Shown: piece by piece, positions 58,031-64,000 of the stretch
How positions within the stretch are numbered: position 1 is the first letter of the stretch
How the letters are laid out: every line of letters starts with the position of its first letter
Source of the DNA: Patescibacteria group bacterium
GTDB lineage: Bacteria > Patescibacteriota > Kazan-3B-28
Assembly (NCBI GenBank): GCA_041649135.1
Contig: JBAZNQ010000002.1
Span: forward strand, 143,702-207,701
Direction: 5' to 3'
DNA length: 64,000 nt
Notes under the pieces: generated by a model
Seen by the model: only the letters and a program-made list of their open reading frames with translations
Databases searched by the model: none
Told to the model about the DNA's origin: nothing
Translations under genes and position numbers: made by a program

Positions 58031-58246
58031 GCCTGACAAGAGCGCAGAATTACCTTTCGGACAGAGTTGCATTGATGTTATCGTGCTCTGTTCATCCCAC
58101 CCCCTTGAGGATAACTCCCAAGGGATTTTGGGTTGATGCCACATTCTAATCCGTCTATGACCTTATCAGAATGACGGAATGAATTCAGCATGATAAAAAT
58201 GTACTACCCCCTAGATACTAGATACTAGATACTAGATACTAAAGGT

Positions 58247-59527
58247 ATGCGTAATTTTGCCGACGAAACTAAATTCGAGGTCAAGGCTGGGGATGGCGGT
58301 AATGGCGCCATCTCTCTTCGGCATGAGAAATATGTGAACAAGGGCGGTCCTGATGGCGGTGACGGTGGTGACGGCGGCAATGTGGTGTTGATGGCTGACC
58401 ATAATCTCAATACGCTGGTTGATCTGACTCGTCGGAAAGTTTATCAGGCCGATTCCGGCAAAGCTGGTGCCAAACAAAAATCTGCCGGCAAGTCTGGTGA
58501 AGATTTAATCTTGAAAGTTCCGATCGGCACTCAAGTTTTTGAAATTAATGAGACGGGTGATAAGGTTCAAGAATTTTTAATCGCTGATTTAACTCGTGAT
58601 GGCGAGAAGTTTATTTTGGCCAAAGGTGGGGAAGGGGGCTACGGCAATGCCCATTTTGCGAGGGCTAGTTTCCAAACCCCGCGCTTTGCCGAGCTCGGCA
58701 CGCCGGGTGAAGAACGAGAAGTCGTGCTGAAATTAAAAATCGTTGCCGATGTTGGTTTAATCGGTTTGCCCAACGTTGGTAAATCTACTTTGCTATCAGT
58801 TATTTCCAATGCTCGCCCGAAAATTGCCGATTACGAATTTACCACGCTAGTCCCTAATCTCGGTATCGCAAGATACAAAGACAAGAGCATCGTGATCGCC
58901 GACATCCCCGGCCTTATCGAAGGCGCTTCCGAAGGCAAAGGATTGGGGATTAAATTTCTTCGCCATATTGAACGTACAAAAATGCTGGTTCACTTGTTAG
59001 ATGCGACCAAACCGAATCCCAAACAGGCTTTTACTGCTATCAATAAAGAACTTAAAGCTTATAGTCCGGAGCTCGCCAAACGGCCACAGATCGTAGTCTT
59101 CAACAAAATCGACGCCATCGATGCGACCAAGCTAGCTCAACTCAAAAAACTGAAATTTAACGTCGCAGCGACGATCTTTATTTCCGCTGTTGCCCACACT
59201 TATGTAGAAGACCTGTTGCGGGCGATACTGAAATATCTTCCAAAGATTACCCGACTCGATCGGGAAGCACCGTTAAAGATCTTTACCGTTAACGACTTGT
59301 CTCGGCTTCGGTTTGAAGTAGTCAAACACGGAAACTACTATCTGGTGAAAGGACCAGCGCAGGAAAAGTTGGCGATAAAAACCGACTTTACAAATGAGCA
59401 GGCAGCCGGTAGATTCTGGAAGGTGCTGAAAAGGATGGGCGTCTGGGGCACTCTCAAAAAGGCCGGTGCCACACGAGGTGATATAATCAAGCTCGGCTCA
59501 ATTTCCACCGAATTTGAAGACATCTAA
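58247..59527 (+). CDS. obgE: GTPase ObgE/CgtA
   Basis: GGPDGGDGGDGG, GLPNVGKSTL, DYEFTTL.PNLG, DIPGLIEGA, NKID, C-terminal OCT domain. Confidence 0.97.
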   Translation: MRNFADETKFEVKAGDGGNGAISLRHEKYVNKGGPDGGDGGDGGNVVLMADHNLNTLVDLTRRKVYQADSGKAGAKQKSAGKSGEDLILKVPIGTQVFEINETGDKVQEFLIADLTRDGEKFILAKGGEGGYGNAHFARASFQTPRFAELGTPGEEREVVLKLKIVADVGLIGLPNVGKSTLLSVISNARPKIADYEFTTLVPNLGIARYKDKSIVIADIPGLIEGASEGKGLGIKFLRHIERTKMLVHLLDATKPNPKQAFTAINKELKAYSPELAKRPQIVVFNKIDAIDATKLAQLKKLKFNVAATIFISAVAHTYVEDLLRAILKYLPKITRLDREAPLKIFTVNDLSRLRFEVVKHGNYYLVKGPAQEKLAIKTDFTNEQAAGRFWKVLKRMGVWGTLKKAGATRGDIIKLGSISTEFEDI

Positions 59528-59621
59528 AACAGCAAAGCTGTAATATCCAATTTCCAATAACCAATAACAAGTTAAATAACAAATCACAAACAAGCACCAA
59601 ATGACAATTACCAAAATAGCT

Positions 59622-59648
59622 GTCATCCCCGCGTAGACGGGGATCCAG
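59622..59648. repeat. GTCAT-type palindromic repeat preceded by CAA(A/T)-type heptamer array
   Basis: GTCATCCCCGCGTAGACGGGGATCCAG. Confidence 0.8.
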
Positions 59649-59711
59649 AAAATAAAACAAACAAGGATTGCCCTTATTGGGTATTGAAAACTAACCACGA
59701 AGTAGTTTTAA

Positions 59712-59787
59712 GGGCGATTAGCTCAGTTGGTAGAGCGCTACATTCGCATTGTAGAGGCCACCGGTTCGAATCCGGTATCGTCCACCA
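59712..59787 (+). tRNA. tRNA-Ala(CGC)
   Basis: GGGCGAT..CTACA-TT CGC AT-TGTAG..GGTTCGAATCC..ATCGTCCACCA, G3:U70. Confidence 0.93.
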
Positions 59788-59796
59788 CAAAAAACC

Positions 59797-60921
59797 GCTT
59801 TCGTTGAGACCGTGCGGGAAGCCATGATGAAAGCTGGCTATGGGCAATATACCGGCGAGTTCCATCGGTGGCTTACGTCGTACGACACGGAAGACCCGGC
59901 CGCGATGTTACAGTTGCGTCGGAGCGCTAAACTCATCCTGGACAACCTGTGCGAGTTTCGTGCTACCCTCTATGCCAAGGCAGTTGAGCACAAGGACACC
60001 TTAATGATTGCCCGGACTCACGGGCAGCTGGCTGAACCTGACAGTTTTGGCCGGCTCTTACTCGATTTCGTCGAAGCCTGCGACCAGGCTATTAGACGTC
60101 TCGAGTACATCATCGACAGCGAATTGAGCTTCGCCAAATTGTCTGGCGCTATCGGCAGCTACGCTGGTCTGGACCCAGAGCTGGAACGCGAGACTCTGCG
60201 AATACTCGACTTGGAACCCGTGCGGGTATCCACCCAAATCATGGCGCGCGATCGTCACTCTACCTACATGGATGAGCTGGCGACTATCGGCGGGACTCTT
60301 CAGAGGTTGGCTGAAACTCTGTGGGTGATGTCGCATGGACTGATTGCCGAAGTTCGGGAACCGCGTAAGGCCAAGCAGAAGGGCAGCTCGGCCATGCCAC
60401 AAAAGCGGAACCCGATTTGGCTGGAGCGGACTCGTGGTCTAGCTCGGCTTCTGCGTGGCTACGCGTCCAGCATGAAGGAGTCAATCGCCACACCAGAGTG
60501 TCGCGATATTTCCCAGTCGTGCGTCGAGCGAGTCGTCTTCCCAGATGCTACCAGCTTGGTCTACTATTTGCTGGAGAAATGGACCAAGGTTATCGAGGGG
60601 CTAGAAGTCTTCCCAGACACTATGGAAGAAAATCTCGCGAGAGCCTACGACACTTGGGCCGCCCAGCGAGTTAAGGTTGCCTTGACTGATGCCGGTGTCA
60701 ATCCGGAGCAGGTCTACGACCTCGTCCAAGACGCTTCGTTCAAGGCTATCGAGACTCGCCAGTCGCTGGCCGTGATTCTGCGAGACAGACCAATCGATCT
60801 TGGCAGGGTCTCTCCGAGCGTTGCTGAAGTCATCGGTCCAGAGAAGTTCAGCAAGCTGTTTGATCCTAAGGATTACATCAAGAACGGCATTGACGTAATC
60901 TACGAACGTTTCGCGGTGTAA
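59797..60921 (+). pseudogene. purB: Adenylosuccinate lyase, 5'-truncated
   Basis: ARTHGQ.AEP, KLSGAIG, STQI..RDRH, GSSAMPQKRNP, RDISQS.VER; homology starts at AFVETVRE 10 bp after the tRNA CCA, so the N-terminus is missing. Confidence 0.75.
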
Positions 60922-60949
60922 GTACCACCAGAGCCGTAACCTCCAAAAG

Positions 60950-60977
60950 AACCCCCGCTATCCGGCGGGGGTTTTTT
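60950..60977 (+). terminator. Intrinsic terminator
   Basis: AACCCCCGC-TATCCG-GCGGGGGTT TTTT. Confidence 0.8.
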
Positions 60978-61104
60978 AATTCGACTCCAAATAGCTAATT
61001 TTTATAGTCCCAGACTATATTTTGGCTATTTGACTAACAGCGGCCATTGTGCTACTTTAGCTAGGCATCTGCTATCGGGGGTAACAGAGGCGATAGGAGG
61101 TGAA

Positions 61105-61599
61105 ATGGACAACTTACTGGGGGCAATCTTTGCCCTCGTTTCTTCGTTTGCGACCCCCAATTTTATGGTTACTCAACCGGCACCCGACCCGATAGTTTTA
61201 GAGCTACGAGAGTTTTTGGCAGAAAAAAAGAGCCCAATGCCAGCCGAGGTTTTGGTGAAATATCCCAACTGGCAGATGATCGTGGCGGTTTCCGCTGCTG
61301 AAAGTGGTTATGGTCGTAATATGGCAGGCGACTTCAACGCTTGGGGGCTGAAGGACTTTCGTTCTGGCAGCAAACATTATCGTGGCTATCGAGATTTTGC
61401 TTCATGGGAAGAATCCATCGCTTACACTTCCGAACTGCTCTTCAAATACGACGAAGAAGATGGCTCGCCTGAACCAAAAGCCATGGTTGCGAAATGGAAA
61501 TACCTTCGCCCATTTGGTGGCTGGTTAGGCAATGTCCACTACTCTCTAAATGACATTCAGAAAAATGTGATTGCGGCAGCTAATAGTACTGCAAGTTAA
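61105..61599 (+). CDS. Secreted lysozyme-like (glucosaminidase-like) cell wall hydrolase
   Basis: AGGAGG RBS; AVSAAESGYGR..FNAWG..F.SWEESI. Confidence 0.65.
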   Translation: MDNLLGAIFALVSSFATPNFMVTQPAPDPIVLELREFLAEKKSPMPAEVLVKYPNWQMIVAVSAAESGYGRNMAGDFNAWGLKDFRSGSKHYRGYRDFASWEESIAYTSELLFKYDEEDGSPEPKAMVAKWKYLRPFGGWLGNVHYSLNDIQKNVIAAANSTAS

Positions 61600-61617
61600 T
61601 CTTAATTTGTTTATCTG

Positions 61618-61646
61618 AAACCCCCACCAAGCTTGGTGGGGGTTTT
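61618..61646. terminator. Bidirectional terminator between convergent genes
   Basis: AAACCCCCACCAAGCTTGGTGGGGGTTTT. Confidence 0.8.
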
Positions 61647-61679
61647 GTTGTATCAAGCGTGTTAGTAGAGAGAATCGTT

Positions 61680-62729
61680 CTAACGCGTATTGCTATTCAG
61701 GATAACATCTTGGCTCCCAGACCCTGTTCCCCCCGAGCTGGGCAACACGATATCATTTTTTAGTGACCCTACAAACTTGTTGCTGGAAATATTAACCTTA
61801 CTGCCAGGCCACCATAGTGTGATGCCTTGGGCGTTGGTGTTCGTTTTGTCGGCTGTGAAGGTATTATTAAACACATTGATGCCCCCGTTTCCTAGGCTGA
61901 TGACTTCTAGCCCTTCACATTTTTCAAGGGTATTCTTGAAGACAAAACTATTACTGTAAACAGACAAAGCTCCCGCGTCTTTTATTCCAGAGAGACCGAA
62001 GGTGCCTGAATGAGAGACGGATGCTCCAATGGTTCCTCCCCATGCGACGTTGAAGATGTTACCGTAGATCTTTCCTACTGTCCGACCTGCGGCAACGATC
62101 TTCGCACTTGTGCCAGGTCTGTGTAGTGCCGCATAGTCAAAAACATTTTTGGTGATCACTAAAGTCCCGCCACCAGGGGAGGACAGCCCTTGGAAACTAT
62201 CCGCTGCGCTTACGTTCAATCCCACTGTAGAGAAATTCAGATTCTGGATTGACCATGTTTTGCCCGGAGCGATAGAACCATTAATGGAGAGCATCACCTC
62301 GGTGTTTCGAATGGTCGTATTAGCGCTTTTCATCAATACTGTCCGACTAGGCGAACCAGCTATGATTATATTCATGTTATTGGGTATGGTGACAGTGTCG
62401 TTAGTAGTAAAGGTATAGGAACCACCATAAAACAACACTTGTGCTGTGGTCGAGCCTTTTGCCAGCGCTATTGCTTTGCCAAGAGTTCGAACTGCGTTAG
62501 TCGAGCTAGTTCCTGAATTAGTATCTTTCCCAGATGTAGCGACATAGATCGTTTTTGCTGTCGTTGCCGCTTCTACTCCCTTCGTGTCATCCTTTGAAAA
62601 TATTGTCCCGATCGTAGCTAAGATTACGATCACCAAAACCGCGATCAGCGCTGGTCGCACCAGCCCACGCACAGACTCTCTCTGGTGGTGATTGACCCTG
62701 CTGTGTGAAATTTTCCGTTTTTTCATCAT
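61680..62729 (-). CDS. Membrane-anchored right-handed beta-helix protein (DUF1565-like start)
   Basis: TM then IYVATSGKDTNSGT...RTLGKAI; repeated I..N.F beta-helix rungs. Confidence 0.7.
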   Translation of the reverse strand: MMKKRKISHSRVNHHQRESVRGLVRPALIAVLVIVILATIGTIFSKDDTKGVEAATTAKTIYVATSGKDTNSGTSSTNAVRTLGKAIALAKGSTTAQVLFYGGSYTFTTNDTVTIPNNMNIIIAGSPSRTVLMKSANTTIRNTEVMLSINGSIAPGKTWSIQNLNFSTVGLNVSAADSFQGLSSPGGGTLVITKNVFDYAALHRPGTSAKIVAAGRTVGKIYGNIFNVAWGGTIGASVSHSGTFGLSGIKDAGALSVYSNSFVFKNTLEKCEGLEVISLGNGGINVFNNTFTADKTNTNAQGITLWWPGSKVNISSNKFVGSLKNDIVLPSSGGTGSGSQDVILNSNTR

Positions 62730-62913
62730 AAGAACGAATCGTTGTCTAATATAGTAGCACCCACAGCGTAGCACAAAATTTTCTGGCTGGCACTTCATGG
62801 AGGACAACCGCTCCCGACTGGTTATCAGAATAAAAATCAAAGATTCATACTGTCAAACGACACTCATCATAAGTTAGAGTAGGCTCTCTCTGGTAATTTG
62901 ATACAATATACTC

Positions 62914-63171
62914 ATGAAACTTCAACGTACTGATCAAGCTCTAAGTGATTTTGCCAGAGCGCTTGACCGTTATTATTCCAGTTGGGGTACGCTGATATCC
63001 CGTTCATTTGTTAGCGGGCTGTTTACTGCGCTGGGTGCTACAGTCGGATTAGCGTTAGTATTAGGATTGGGTGGTTTAATCTTGGAACAACTCGGCGTTC
63101 TGCCAGTGGTTGGAGGATTTTTTGGCCGCATCAATGATGTGTTAAATCACACTCTTTCCATCAATAAATAA
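62914..63171 (+). CDS. Small membrane protein (DUF5665-like)
   Basis: F..GLF..LGATVG..L..LPVVG.F pattern. Confidence 0.65.
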   Translation: MKLQRTDQALSDFARALDRYYSSWGTLISRSFVSGLFTALGATVGLALVLGLGGLILEQLGVLPVVGGFFGRINDVLNHTLSINK

Positions 63172-63620
63172 TGTTGATCACACCACACTTTTTGACTGGT
63201 GTTGCTATCGCTGGAGGAGTGCCAGAAATTGCCCCCGCCGCCATTGCGGCGGTTGGTTCGCATTTCGTATTGGATGCCATTCCCCATCGAGACACGCTAG
63301 GCGGACATCATTTGAATTTTGCCAACGTAGCGCTATCCATTTTGGACGGCTGGTTGGCCATTGAGCTTTGGTGGTGGTTAACCCCCGAACCCATCCGTTG
63401 GTACGCATTTACTGTCGGTATGTTTGCTTGTTTGCCAGACTTTATTGAACTCCCCGGTGTCTTTTGGCCAAAATGGAACGAATTGCCGCTTCAAAAACAA
63501 TTCCATAATTGGCACACCGCCATCCTACAATATTCCCGCGAGCCGAAAAGCTGGGTAATTGGTCTGCTGCCACAAGTCGTCCTCACTAGTATTCTGATTT
63601 ATCTTCTTTTGTCATCCTGA
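63171..63620 (+). CDS. Membrane protein with putative metal-binding His/Asp motifs
   Basis: TPHFLTG, SHFVLDAIPH.D, LPD, FH.W. Confidence 0.7.
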   Translation: MLITPHFLTGVAIAGGVPEIAPAAIAAVGSHFVLDAIPHRDTLGGHHLNFANVALSILDGWLAIELWWWLTPEPIRWYAFTVGMFACLPDFIELPGVFWPKWNELPLQKQFHNWHTAILQYSREPKSWVIGLLPQVVLTSILIYLLLSS

Positions 63621-63697
63621 ACTCGTTTCAGGATCCCTGTCCGACTGAATGATTTGGTCGTTCGGGTGGGTAGATGCTGAAATAAATTCAGCATGAC
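63611..63697. repeat. Inverted pair of GTCAT-type repeats overlapping a stop codon
   Basis: GTCATCCTGAACTCGTTTCAGGATC ... AGATGCTGAAATAAATTCAGCATGAC. Confidence 0.8.
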
Positions 63698-63710
63698 GGC
63701 AAGAACTCTC

Positions 63711-63743
63711 AATAAAATCCCCGCATTAAGCGGGGATTTTATT
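63711..63743. terminator. Bidirectional terminator
   Basis: AATAAAATCCCCGC-ATTAA-GCGGGGATTTTATT. Confidence 0.75.
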
Positions 63744-63795
63744 AGGATCCTATAAGAACTGGATAAATCCTATCCCAGTACCAGTTGGTACAGGA

Positions 63796-63939
63796 TTATT
63801 TGCGGGGCATAAAGATCTCGTAAAGACCAAAAATCACGTAGATGATACCGAGTATCACCGCTAACGTGAAACCCCAGTCACGGTTAATGAAGACCAAAAT
63901 CAGGTCTACAATACCGATCAAGAGATAGAGATATGCCAT
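63796..63939 (-). CDS. 47-aa two-TM membrane protein
   Basis: MAYLYLLIGIVDLILVFINRDWGFTLAVILGIIYVIFGLYEIFMPRK; GGAGG RBS. Confidence 0.6.
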   Translation of the reverse strand: MAYLYLLIGIVDLILVFINRDWGFTLAVILGIIYVIFGLYEIFMPRK

Positions 63940-64000
63940 TTGGGCCTCCCTCTCTTACTTAATATGACTTGTATAGTGTACGAATAAGACCAAATTCATT

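Overview
This 64 kb window is bacterial chromosome. Gene content and style point to a Patescibacteria/CPR genome using genetic code 11 (inference: CPR-typical surface proteins, DUF5667/DUF5665-like genes, and TGA/TAG used as ordinary stops). Housekeeping genes include rny, ndk, mnmA, rpmB, rnhA, smpB, lgt, rmuC, lspA, an RluA-family synthase, gmk, prmC, prfA, rpmE, obgE and a 5'-truncated purB. There are 7 tRNAs, a tmRNA, a candidate 6S-like RNA, and several large surface proteins (S-layer-like, LPxTG-tailed, and a cohesin/dockerin cluster). Five things stand out. (1) About 12 palindromic CGCAAC-N0/3/6-GTTGCG sites form a dense array just upstream of a MerR-HTH/coiled-coil protein with an aromatic C-terminus, a RacA/RocS-like architecture and a candidate CPR centromere/anchoring system. 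(2) A family of nested palindromic repeats is widespread, has inserted in frame into mnmA (3x) and smpB, and sits beside a small GIY-YIG nuclease. (3) Two four-helix-bundle genes are each bracketed by their own inverted heptamer arrays. (4) An HTH-HATPase/STAS cassette lies between ~92-bp direct repeats. (5) A covarying two-hairpin element abuts tRNA and tmRNA genes. All calls come from reading the sequence; no database searches were run.
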